Source: a candidate division WOR-3 bacterium | GTDB lineage: Bacteria; Hydrothermota; 32-111 | Length of the DNA stretch: 64,000 bases | Assembly: GCA_039804105.1 (NCBI GenBank) | Contig: JBDRZU010000001.1 | Location: 512,001 to 576,000 of the forward strand | Reading direction: 5' to 3' | Notes under the pieces: model-generated | The model's input: the letters and a program-made list of their open reading frames with translations, nothing else | Databases searched by the model: none | What the model was told of the DNA's origin: nothing | Part shown: positions 9,738 to 19,272 of the stretch, one piece after another | Layout of the letters: each line of letters starts with the position of its first letter | Numbering within the stretch: the stretch's first letter is position 1 | Made by a program: the position numbers and the translations under genes

Positions 9738-11551
9738 TATTTTTTCTGTTTGACTATGTAGTTGCCTATAACAAGAACATCAACACAGTTGTTTAGAAGT
9801 GATCTGACAGCATCAACAGGAGAACAGAGGATAGGTTCCTCATGCATGTTGAAACTCGTATTCACAAAAAGTGGAAGTCCTGTGAGTTCTTTATATCTTT
9901 TTAAAAGTTTGTAGTATAATGGATTTTGCTCTTCTTTTACAGTCTGAGGTCTTGCTGTGTTATCGACATGGTTAACCGCTTCAATCTGTTTTCTCCACTC
10001 TTCCTTCACATTGAAAGTTATCGTCATAAAGTAGGATGGATAACTTCCCTTTTCAAAATTTTCAAAAACATTTTTGGCATCCTCATAGATACATGATGGT
10101 GCAAATGGCATAAATTCTGTTCTTCTTAATCTTTTGTTTAACCAATCATTTATTTTTTTGTCAGTTGGGTCAAAAAGTATCGAGCGATTCCCAAGTGCTC
10201 TTGGGCCATATTCCATTCTTCCCTGAAACCATCCAACAACAACTTTATCTTTGATCATAAGTGCTGTTTCTTCGATTATGTTTTCACTCTTTCGAAATTC
10301 TATTTTATCAGAGAAATCTTTTAAAACTTTTAAAATCTCATCATCATTATATTCTGGGCCATAGTAAACATTGTCGATTGTAAAAGGCAAAAATCTTTCA
10401 CCTCTCTTTTCAAGTTCTTCAGTCCATTTGACATAACATGCACCTGTTGATGTACCTCCATCACCCATATTCGGATGGATAAAAACAGATTCTACACCTT
10501 CGATTTCAAGAACCCTCTGGTTGACCTTCACATTTGAGAATAGTCCACCAGCAAGAACTATATCTTTGATTCCTGTATTTTTTATATGTGGTTCAATAAA
10601 TTTTACAACAAGATCCTCTGTTAACTTCTGTGCTGCTGCCGCTATATCCTCTTTTGATTCTTTTGAACAGTGTTTCTTCAAAAAATCAAGATAAAGGTTT
10701 GTATAGTTATGTCCATAATATTTGCCTTTCAAAAAGTCCTTCAACTGCTTCATCCTTAAAGAATCACCTTTTAAATTACCAGCAAGGGGAGAATAAAATC
10801 TTTTTCTATCATCTGTGATATCTATCATCTGTCTGAAAAGATCATAAAGTTTATCTGGATTCCCATAGGCAGCAAGTCCTGTTATTTTTCCTTCATGTCT
10901 ATTTCTTTTAAAACCAAGAAATTTTGTTATTGCAGAGTAAAACCTTCCAACCGAATATATATCCTCTACTTCAAGAATCCTTTTTATCTTTCCATCTTCA
11001 CCGATTGAAATCGTTGCTGAGAGTCCGTCACCTGCTCCATCCATGGTAACGATAAGCGCCTTATTTTTCCCACCTTCATAATAACATGAAGCAGCATGGC
11101 AGAGATGATGTTCAACCGTTTCAAGTGTGAATTCAGTAAGACCACACTTCTTCAAAGCATCCGTTATAGATTTTTTAGCATATTCCGATGCAAGTTTCCA
11201 GTACTTTTTTTCTCCAATAATTTTTCTGTACAGTATCTCTTTTATAGTATCAAACTTTTTTCTGTTATCGATTTCGTTTGATGGATCTATGGTTCCACTT
11301 CTTTTCACTATCAGATCAGTATAATGGAATGGGCTTCGTAAAAGATCGTTATCAAATGAAAGAACAACCTTTGAGATATCTTTTCCATCTACTTTCGCAA
11401 CTTTCATACATTCTTTTATTGCTCCATATGGAAAACCAAAATGGAACTTTACCCTTGAAACCCTTTCTTCAGCGATGGCTGTAACAATTCTTCCATCCTT
11501 TAAAAGTGATGCAGTTGCATCGTGCCCTATATTAAGACCAAGAATATACAT
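9737..11551 (-). CDS. O-carbamoyltransferase (NodU/CmcH family)
   Basis: HDATA, EERVSRVK, HHLCHAAS, DGAGD, EGKITGLAAYG, GRMEYGPRALGNRS, PFAP, NTSFNMHEEP; GGAGG SD. Confidence 0.95.
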   Translation of the reverse strand: MYILGLNIGHDATASLLKDGRIVTAIAEERVSRVKFHFGFPYGAIKECMKVAKVDGKDISKVVLSFDNDLLRSPFHYTDLIVKRSGTIDPSNEIDNRKKFDTIKEILYRKIIGEKKYWKLASEYAKKSITDALKKCGLTEFTLETVEHHLCHAASCYYEGGKNKALIVTMDGAGDGLSATISIGEDGKIKRILEVEDIYSVGRFYSAITKFLGFKRNRHEGKITGLAAYGNPDKLYDLFRQMIDITDDRKRFYSPLAGNLKGDSLRMKQLKDFLKGKYYGHNYTNLYLDFLKKHCSKESKEDIAAAAQKLTEDLVVKFIEPHIKNTGIKDIVLAGGLFSNVKVNQRVLEIEGVESVFIHPNMGDGGTSTGACYVKWTEELEKRGERFLPFTIDNVYYGPEYNDDEILKVLKDFSDKIEFRKSENIIEETALMIKDKVVVGWFQGRMEYGPRALGNRSILFDPTDKKINDWLNKRLRRTEFMPFAPSCIYEDAKNVFENFEKGSYPSYFMTITFNVKEEWRKQIEAVNHVDNTARPQTVKEEQNPLYYKLLKRYKELTGLPLFVNTSFNMHEEPILCSPVDAVRSLLNNCVDVLVIGNYIVKQKK

Positions 11552-11576
11552 CAAACCTCCTGAATTTTAACATTTT

Positions 11577-11604
11577 ATTTTATCAAAAAAAGAAGTTTTA
11601 TCAA
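11577..11604 (-). promoter_or_regulatory. sigma70-type promoter for the 11551-3534 operon
   Basis: TTGATA-16-TAAAAT with an extended -10 TG. Confidence 0.55.
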
Positions 11605-11765
11605 TATTAAAAATAAAAGGCAACAATTTTTTAAGGTTTTTTTATTTGAAAAATTTCATCCTCTATTCTTTATAATCTCCTTTTCATCCATATCTGCAAC
11701 ATGATGACTGAAATGTGTATCTATATGTTCATTTCTGAAACCTGCTTCACCTTCAATGTTTAAAT

Positions 11766-13310
11766 TTATTTTATTATTCTTATTTTCTTAGTAATGGTTT
11801 TGTTAATTTCATAATTACATCTTACAATATAAACACCAGCAGGAATATTAAGTTTTAATTTTATTTGATGTTTTCTATTTAAAATACCATTATAGAGATT
11901 CATAATTTTTCTACCCTGAATATCATAAAGATCTATATTAAAATTCATCGATTTGTCTGAACTTAGAGAGATATTTATAAAATCAGTAAAAATATCATTT
12001 TTTACATCAAAGTAAATTTCGTTACTTGATCCTTTATCAAGTTCATCTATTGATGCTAAACTACCGCTTTTCCAAAAATTATAAATTTTCCAGCTGTTTT
12101 GAATTATTTCATCAGGTGTTTTATTCATTACAAATGCTACGACATAATTAATTGATTGATTATACTCTATATCAAAAGGCCCGGTCGATATTATAAATCG
12201 CTTATCACCTTTTTCTTCTTCTTTTTCAGTATGTCCAGGATAACCTATGACTCCAACACCCCAATCGGGAAAAGGGCTATATGATGAACCAGGATCTTCA
12301 GGATTAAACGATATAAAATCATATCCTGCTAAAGAAAGATATTTTTTAATCTTATTTGAAGGATCTGTCTCGATTGTTAATTTTCTAAATGATGTTAAAC
12401 CTAATTCTTCTCCTTCTTTTATAATATATACTCCATTCCCATATAAATCCATATCTTTCTTTGCGGGAGGTGTTTCAAGAACTACAAAAGATGGTATCCC
12501 CGGTAAACTATGCCATCCAGGTTCACTATCAAGTTGAAATTGATATACTGTATTCATTCTTATCATAGTATCCTTATCAGAAATGAATTTAACAGTCATC
12601 GTATCAATGAAACCCAATAAGTCATTACTTTTATTAATTGATTCATCACCGATATCAAGATCAAAAGAGAGTGCAGCATAACAATCTTTTATTTTCTTTT
12701 TATCTTCCCTTGTATTTTGTATTTTAAATTTGAATATAATAATATCTTTCAGAGGTTCTGATGTCCATGCATAAGAAAATTGAAAAACTTCAATTCCAAT
12801 TGGATGATTTTCAAAACTAAAATGATATGAACTATCCTTATCAGAGTACCATGAATAAGAATCCTGATCAGAAAAAATGGAATCTTTACCTGTGATATTT
12901 TTAATAGGCCAGCCATAACCATTATTATCACTGGTTGAAATATAAACTATCAGTTTTGGGTCTGTATAATAGGCAGTATCAGAAAAATTACCGGGTATAA
13001 ATTCGGATACACCTGCACTTGGATAATATCCACTCGTAACCAGAGTATCTCTTAATGTATCTTTTCCACTGACCAATGTATCTACGAGCGAACCGAACCA
13101 TAAGCCACTTCCGAAAAAATATGTTTCATCAGGATAACCTGCAGGCCAATAAGCACCTCCATTGCCACTAAAAAAATCCATACCTATCACTCCAAAATTC
13201 GTTATACAAATATGATAATTATTTATATCAAGCCATTTTGAATCCCAATCAGAAAATAGAAAGATTGAAACAAACAAAGAAATAATTATGACTGACACTG
13301 ATTTTTTCAT
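11766..13310 (-). CDS. Secreted protein with T9SS type-A-like C-terminal domain
   Basis: Signal peptide; INN..ITNFG, GSGLWFG, DLDIGD, STGPF motifs; C-terminus LYDIQGRKI...AGVYIVR...TKKIRIIK. Confidence 0.75.
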   Translation of the reverse strand: MKKSVSVIIISLFVSIFLFSDWDSKWLDINNYHICITNFGVIGMDFFSGNGGAYWPAGYPDETYFFGSGLWFGSLVDTLVSGKDTLRDTLVTSGYYPSAGVSEFIPGNFSDTAYYTDPKLIVYISTSDNNGYGWPIKNITGKDSIFSDQDSYSWYSDKDSSYHFSFENHPIGIEVFQFSYAWTSEPLKDIIIFKFKIQNTREDKKKIKDCYAALSFDLDIGDESINKSNDLLGFIDTMTVKFISDKDTMIRMNTVYQFQLDSEPGWHSLPGIPSFVVLETPPAKKDMDLYGNGVYIIKEGEELGLTSFRKLTIETDPSNKIKKYLSLAGYDFISFNPEDPGSSYSPFPDWGVGVIGYPGHTEKEEEKGDKRFIISTGPFDIEYNQSINYVVAFVMNKTPDEIIQNSWKIYNFWKSGSLASIDELDKGSSNEIYFDVKNDIFTDFINISLSSDKSMNFNIDLYDIQGRKIMNLYNGILNRKHQIKLKLNIPAGVYIVRCNYEINKTITKKIRIIK

Positions 13311-13374
13311 AAGACCCTCCTTTTTTAAATCCCGATTATTATAACTTCTAACTGATAGTTTTTACACACTCACA

Positions 13375-13400
13375 CAAAAAATGTCAAAAAGTCAAACACC
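13375..13400 (+). repeat. Left copy of a 26-bp inverted repeat
   Basis: CAAAAAATGTCAAAAAGTCAAACACC; 24/26 identical to the reverse complement of 19196-19221. Confidence 0.8.
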
Positions 13401-13411
13401 GTTTCCAAATT

Positions 13412-15550
13412 TTATCTTATCTTTATCATTTTTTCTGTTAGTGTTTGATTTTCTGTTTTCAATTTTATAAAGTATACACCATTACTTAACTTTCTTAAAT
13501 CTGTCTTATATTCCCCTGAAATATCTGTCTCTTCTCTTATTATCTTTCTCCCTGTTAAATCATATACAACCAATTCCCCTCTAGTATTCGTATTCCATAT
13601 TATATCTTGTCCTTCAATCTTTATCTTTTCCTCTTTGTCTATATCTGATATCTTATCTCTCTCTCTAAAACCATTAGGTCCAAAACTACCTGTAATAATA
13701 ATTTGTTTCTTCCACTTTTCCTGACACCACGTTCCTGTAATTGTCTGACTGTCTGTATATACCGTATCACCTACTTTAATCGTTGGTATTTTTCCATTTG
13801 TGTCAAAATATACATAAAACCTGTCTCCATCAGGATAGCTCAACCACTTCGTCAATTCTATTCCCCATCCATTTACTTCCCATTCATCTCCTCCACTCAA
13901 TCTCAATATGCTGTCTATGTTGCTTTTGTTTATATCGGGTTTGTTTGTCCACCAATTAAAGTAAAAAACAATTATATCATCATTATCTATCCCGCTTATT
14001 GGATTCACTCCATCATATGCTTTTATTGAGTCCACTATTAGTTCCAATTTATTGCCCGCTTTTAAATATTCTTTATATGAAGTTTTATCTACATACACAT
14101 TCATACTATCAAAATATCTACCCATACTGTCTCCTTTGAACCACACCTTTACACTTGTGCTATCATTACCTTTTATCGTCAGAGGCCATATTATAGTATC
14201 TACTCCAAAATAAGCACTATTTATTGTTATTGAATCTATACTTATTTCCGCATCGCTTTCATTTCTTATAACTAAAACTTTGTAAATAGTATCTCCATCA
14301 TCACTGTTCCCTATCAATAATGTGTCTCCTTCCATACTCCATCTCTTCATCTCAAATATCCTTGTACATTGTCCTGTCTGGCCTACTCCACTAAATATTA
14401 ACTCATCTATACCATTCTTATTGAAGTCATTACACCTAAGATGACTCTGAATAGTATATGTTGTAGGATCGGTCCACTCCCACATCATTTCAAACTGGTT
14501 ATCTCCAATTGATTCCCACACTTCTATGTGTCTACCACCACATATCACAAATTCATTTAAACCATCTCCATCTGTATCTCCATAATCAATATCTCCACTC
14601 GAAGTATATATATAGTCAGTGGCCACCTCAAAATCCCTTCGCCAGATAAGATCATATACTCCCGTTCCGTTCTTGTCTTCATAAATGAAATAACCATACG
14701 ATACATATCCCGACCAAGTAAGATAATTAATTTGATATTTCATTATTTCGTTGGTTCCATCCCTATCTATATCTGGAAGAATCAGCAGGGCCTCTGCTGG
14801 CCCTGCCCCTTCACTTAATGTTTCCAAGTATCTTATAAAAGTATCATCATCTATTGTCGTTGATTCATATCTGTAAATATAGTTTGATAATCCTATTATT
14901 ACATCTGTTAATCCATCTTCATCTATATCTCCTATATCGATTGCATATCCTGACCGAGTACTCTCTGCAAATGTATTTAGTAACTCATATCGATTATCTC
15001 CTGTACAGGTATAATAATACCATCCATACGCTCTTGATTGTGTTGTTAACCATGGTATCCCTATTCCAAATATCCTATTTACTCCATCATGCTTAAGTTT
15101 GTTGGTTATACCAATGTAATAACATGAGTTATGTATTGTATCAGATGTCCAGACCAATGAATCAAAAAATGATGTTGGGGAACTTTGTTCATATACCCAT
15201 AACCTTTTACTATCAGTTTTCCACAGAACAACATCTTTTAATCCATCTCCATCTAAATCTCCTATTCCTTGTATTCCTATATATAGATAATTTGTATCCA
15301 ATGGTATCGAATCTATTAAATCAAAACCATTCTTACCATTATATTCATAGAATAAAATCGCTATTGAATTATCTATTACAATCTCTTCATTCCCATCATT
15401 ATCATAATCTATGCCCTTCTGAGAGATAAAATTGAAATGACCGTGTATTCCTCTATCAAGATATGCATATTGGTGAAATACTAATGAACTAATCTTATCG
15501 GTTATTATCAGCTCCATTAGCAATATTATTATAAAAAAAATCTTTTTCAT
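13412..15550 (-). CDS. Secreted FG-GAP/VCBS-repeat protein with Ig-like domain and T9SS-like CTD
   Basis: DYDNDGNEE, GDLDGDGLKD, GDIDEDGLTD, DIDRDGTNE, GDTDGDGLNE, DFNKNGIDE repeats; C-terminus VYDLTGRKI...NGVYFIKL...EKMIKIR. Confidence 0.85.
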   Translation of the reverse strand: MKKIFFIIILLMELIITDKISSLVFHQYAYLDRGIHGHFNFISQKGIDYDNDGNEEIVIDNSIAILFYEYNGKNGFDLIDSIPLDTNYLYIGIQGIGDLDGDGLKDVVLWKTDSKRLWVYEQSSPTSFFDSLVWTSDTIHNSCYYIGITNKLKHDGVNRIFGIGIPWLTTQSRAYGWYYYTCTGDNRYELLNTFAESTRSGYAIDIGDIDEDGLTDVIIGLSNYIYRYESTTIDDDTFIRYLETLSEGAGPAEALLILPDIDRDGTNEIMKYQINYLTWSGYVSYGYFIYEDKNGTGVYDLIWRRDFEVATDYIYTSSGDIDYGDTDGDGLNEFVICGGRHIEVWESIGDNQFEMMWEWTDPTTYTIQSHLRCNDFNKNGIDELIFSGVGQTGQCTRIFEMKRWSMEGDTLLIGNSDDGDTIYKVLVIRNESDAEISIDSITINSAYFGVDTIIWPLTIKGNDSTSVKVWFKGDSMGRYFDSMNVYVDKTSYKEYLKAGNKLELIVDSIKAYDGVNPISGIDNDDIIVFYFNWWTNKPDINKSNIDSILRLSGGDEWEVNGWGIELTKWLSYPDGDRFYVYFDTNGKIPTIKVGDTVYTDSQTITGTWCQEKWKKQIIITGSFGPNGFRERDKISDIDKEEKIKIEGQDIIWNTNTRGELVVYDLTGRKIIREETDISGEYKTDLRKLSNGVYFIKLKTENQTLTEKMIKIR

Positions 15551-15560
15551 AATTGTTACC

Positions 15561-18500
15561 TTATCTTATTATATTTATTTTCTTGGTCTGAATACTATTA
15601 CCATCTTTTATCTTAACAAAATAAATCCCTGATGCATTTATTCCATTTAATATCACCTTATTAACCCCAGATTTTACTTCTCTTTTTACATTTATTATCT
15701 TGCTACCTCTTACATCATATACCATAATTTCTATCTCTCTTGCTTCAGTTGATATATAATTGACATATACATCTTCCCTCATTGAAAATAAATTCTTTGT
15801 TTTCATTTTTGTTTCGTCATCATTTACCTGTGTGAAAACTTTTATTTTATTTAATGCTGATATTATTCCCTCTCCTTCTGTTTCATATTGATAAACCAGA
15901 ACATCTGCAATTCTGTTTGGATTACCTCTCTTCCTGTCTATACTCACAACAACTTTATAATCCTCATATACCTCTTTTGGAAGCAATATTTCAGTTGTAT
16001 CTGGTTTATTTGCTTGTCCTGTTACCACTGCATATACTTCTCCATCTATCTGTATAACCTGTGACATTACCGGACTTCCCTCCGAAGTTATTACTTTTAT
16101 CGTATAATTCATCTCTGGATTTAGTCCATTTATAGTTGTATTCAATCTTTCTACTGGTATTCTTGATGATATATATTCATACAGCGGTGATATCGTTACC
16201 CTGTCTATCGTATCCTGTGGCTGAGATATCAAATATGGAATTATAGCCGGAGAATAATCCTTTATCAGCCATTTTATCCTGTAATTCCCATTGCTTCCCT
16301 CACTCCAGATATGATAACCTTTTATCTTTGTTGCAAATATTTGTTTTGTCTCAAACTCAGTTGAATGTATTGAATCTGCTCCCTTATATATACATATATC
16401 AGTTCCTCCATAATTTGTTATAAGTTTATTTTTATCACTAATATAATTTATTAGGATACCATTACTTGTTTTAGGATACTCATTCTTCCCTGTTGTTGTA
16501 TTTATTTTCACTGCACCTGCATCCAGTATTCCTTTTTTCAATCTTCTACTGTAAATATCATTTGTTCCGTCTGGATTGATTACTTCATAAGTAAATGTTG
16601 TTACCTCTCCATAGTAATCTGTTGTAGGTGCATTACAGATCTGGTTGGGATTATTTATAATTTTTCTACCCAGCCAAATTTTTAATTTTAAGTCCCATGT
16701 TTTAATAGCATATTCATTTAATGTATCTATAAATCCTATAAGATGTGAAACATATATACCATCATAGTACAATGAAAGTATAGGTGAATTCATTGGAATT
16801 TCATTACAAGATGTATCTCCTAAATATGAAACAACTGTATCGTAATAAATATCTTCTGTATTCAATTCATCCATACTCACCAATATGTAATCCCCTGCTT
16901 TACTCTGAAGATAACGATGATTTATATAGCCAAGATATGTTTTACCTATTGTGTAATTATATCCTAAAACTGGCTCACTCCACCATAATGTTGGAGACAC
17001 CATTGAATCCACTGGTGTCCAAGGACTCGTTCTAATTGTATAATAATATGAACTCGATCCTTTTCTCATTACCGATATCAATCCACTTGATGTCCTAGTT
17101 AATACAGGGTCTGTCCCTTCTCCTAATATCTCTAAATCCCATGTCTGTCCAAAATCTGTACTCTTACCAAATACAACACTATCTCCTGTTGTATACACCA
17201 TATTCATCTCATCTGTATTTGGCTTTCTGACTAAGTGCTCTTGATTGTTTTTGCCAAATGTTTCCGGTGTTTTGCTCCATAAATATACATCTATTGTTGA
17301 AATATATGGAACATAACCTACCCCATCTATAGTTAAATACAAAGGTCTGTTTGACTTTAAATATGCGGGGATGAACACTTGTCCAAATTTATTTGTTATT
17401 CCTTTAAAATAAAACCCATTAGGTTGACTATCTGTTAATAAAACTTCAAATCCAGAAATTCCTTTTATCGTATCAACTTCATCCAATACTCTAATATATA
17501 TTTTATTATCTTTTAAAACTGGGACATCTTTAGGTTTTAAAACATTTTTAAATATTTTATAATCAACTCTTAGTTCTTCTTTTTCTGTTATTATTTGTTC
17601 AGAACCATCTACCAATGGTATTTTCACTTCTGCCACTACATAAATTGGAAATGTATCCATTTTTAAAAGTTCGAAATTCACTTCTCCTGAATCATTAGGG
17701 ATTTTCTTATCACTTATCAAATCTCCCTTTCTATCTTCCAAATATATTATTGCATTACTATAAGATTCTTTATGACCATAATCCTTTGTCAGTGAAATCA
17801 GCAAATTAGTAGTATCTTCATATTTCAAAACATCTGGGGTAACAGTTAAATTGAATTTATATCCATCTTTTAAATGTTCAATTACCAGTAATCCATTTTT
17901 GTAAAATGCAGAATATATTATATTATTAACTGGAAATGTTCCTATTGCACCATAAGCAAAATTTTTGTCACCATAATTGCCAATTAACTTAATATTGGAA
18001 GGAGCTGAAACATCAAATATTATTAACCCAAAGGATTTTAACCCTATATAGGCTACTTTTTCTAAATCGTTTTTTACTACATAAACATTTCCTTCCTCTG
18101 GAACATCAATTGGATAATTATTATATTGTGTAACAATATAGGGACTATTAATATTTAATATATTCATTATTATAAAACCATTTAATTTATCTATCACATA
18201 AGCATAATCCCCTTCAACAAAAACATCCCAGGGTATACCTAGTTTAATACTTTTAACTATTGAGGGAAAAAATTTATTCGAAATATTAACTATATGTAAA
18301 TAACCAAGCTCATCTGCTAAATATGCATAATTACCTGCCACATGTAAACCATGCACACATACTCCATCTATACTTGATAATTTTTGATAATTATAATCAG
18401 TAATTTTATATATAATAAAATTTCTCTCTGTTCCCACATATGCATAATCAACATAATTATTTTCACTCTCATACTCTCGCACCACATAAACTTCTTTCAC

Positions 18501-18899
18501 ATGATCTGAAACAACACGGTATTTCAATGAAAGATCATAAGGATTAGATATATCCAAAACTATTAACCCACAATCATCCCATGCCACATAGGCATTGTTA
18601 CCCACCACTGTAATTTTCAATGCGTAAGATCCAGGTGATTCTTTTATTTTAAAACTATCTACAATAACCGGTTCAAAATAATTTGACACATTGGCCACTT
18701 TAACCCCACCAGCACCATCAGCAACATATGCAAATGAATCAACAACATAAACATCCTCTGCAAATCCTGTATCAAGCCAACCAATCCAAGTGCAATTCAA
18801 TGAATCTACTGAAGCTAGGGTTGAATAAGAGCCCTCACCAAAAACAATTAAACAACTAAAAATCAAGAGGAAAAAAATTCCTTTTCTAAACCAAATCAC
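15561..18899 (-). CDS. Secreted LVIVD-repeat protein with BNR/Asp-box motif and T9SS-like CTD; true start may be ATG 18981 across an (AG)10 tract
   Basis: AYVADGAGGVKVANVS, AYVAWDDCGLIVLDISNP, AYLADELGYLHIVNIS repeats; STDFGQTW; SGIYFVKI...TKKINIIR. Confidence 0.85.
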   Translation of the reverse strand: MIWFRKGIFFLLIFSCLIVFGEGSYSTLASVDSLNCTWIGWLDTGFAEDVYVVDSFAYVADGAGGVKVANVSNYFEPVIVDSFKIKESPGSYALKITVVGNNAYVAWDDCGLIVLDISNPYDLSLKYRVVSDHVKEVYVVREYESENNYVDYAYVGTERNFIIYKITDYNYQKLSSIDGVCVHGLHVAGNYAYLADELGYLHIVNISNKFFPSIVKSIKLGIPWDVFVEGDYAYVIDKLNGFIIMNILNINSPYIVTQYNNYPIDVPEEGNVYVVKNDLEKVAYIGLKSFGLIIFDVSAPSNIKLIGNYGDKNFAYGAIGTFPVNNIIYSAFYKNGLLVIEHLKDGYKFNLTVTPDVLKYEDTTNLLISLTKDYGHKESYSNAIIYLEDRKGDLISDKKIPNDSGEVNFELLKMDTFPIYVVAEVKIPLVDGSEQIITEKEELRVDYKIFKNVLKPKDVPVLKDNKIYIRVLDEVDTIKGISGFEVLLTDSQPNGFYFKGITNKFGQVFIPAYLKSNRPLYLTIDGVGYVPYISTIDVYLWSKTPETFGKNNQEHLVRKPNTDEMNMVYTTGDSVVFGKSTDFGQTWDLEILGEGTDPVLTRTSSGLISVMRKGSSSYYYTIRTSPWTPVDSMVSPTLWWSEPVLGYNYTIGKTYLGYINHRYLQSKAGDYILVSMDELNTEDIYYDTVVSYLGDTSCNEIPMNSPILSLYYDGIYVSHLIGFIDTLNEYAIKTWDLKLKIWLGRKIINNPNQICNAPTTDYYGEVTTFTYEVINPDGTNDIYSRRLKKGILDAGAVKINTTTGKNEYPKTSNGILINYISDKNKLITNYGGTDICIYKGADSIHSTEFETKQIFATKIKGYHIWSEGSNGNYRIKWLIKDYSPAIIPYLISQPQDTIDRVTISPLYEYISSRIPVERLNTTINGLNPEMNYTIKVITSEGSPVMSQVIQIDGEVYAVVTGQANKPDTTEILLPKEVYEDYKVVVSIDRKRGNPNRIADVLVYQYETEGEGIISALNKIKVFTQVNDDETKMKTKNLFSMREDVYVNYISTEAREIEIMVYDVRGSKIINVKREVKSGVNKVILNGINASGIYFVKIKDGNSIQTKKINIIR

Positions 18900-18908
18900 T
18901 GGTTTTGT

Positions 18909-18928
18909 AGAGAGAGAGAGAGAGAGAG
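18909..18928. repeat. (AG)10 / (CT)10 dinucleotide microsatellite
   Basis: Ten perfect AG units; the only long dinucleotide tract noticed in the window. Confidence 0.95.
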
Positions 18929-19023
18929 TAAACTATTGGTCGGTTTACCTTTTTAATCCTTCTACACAATCTCTTTTTCATTTTACCTCCTTTTGGTTTT
19001 ATCAGCTTTTTGTTAACATAAAG

Positions 19024-19047
19024 AATAATTAAGTCAATAATTAAGTC
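19024..19047. repeat. 12-bp perfect tandem duplication in the predicted leader
   Basis: AATAATTAAGTC twice. Confidence 0.85.
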
Positions 19048-19129
19048 AAAAATATTGTATCTTTTTTTAATTACTGTGATTAATTTTTACTTTTATATTC
19101 AATCTCATTTTATATTCCTATAAAAATTT

Positions 19130-19158
19130 ATTTTACTCCAGCAAAATTTTTTTGTCAA
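19130..19158 (-). promoter_or_regulatory. sigma70-type promoter for the LVIVD/FG-GAP cassette
   Basis: TTGACA-17-TAAAAT. Confidence 0.75.
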
Positions 19159-19195
19159 GTGGTCTGTTTAATTTACTTTTTACAATATTTAGGAA

Positions 19196-19221
19196 GGTGT
19201 TTGACTTTTTAACTTTTTTTG
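19196..19221 (-). repeat. Right copy of the 26-bp inverted repeat
   Basis: GGTGTTTGACTTTTTAACTTTTTTTG; inverted relative to 13375-13400. Confidence 0.8.
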
Positions 19222-19272
19222 GTTAACAAAAATTGTTTTTACTTTTTTCATTATTAAAGAAAATAAAAATTT

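Noticed and set aside
11640..11762. Coding-like intergenic stretch (minus frame NIEGEAGFRNEHIDTHFSHHVADMDEKEIIKNRG*), possible gene or IS remnant
   Set aside because: No start or RBS and no recognisable family; needs tBLASTx
19185..19213. Resemblance of the inverted repeat to a dif/pdif site (ATTTAGGAA-GGTGTT-TGACTTTTTAA)
   Set aside because: Poor match to the XerD arm TTATGTTAAAT; not called as dif
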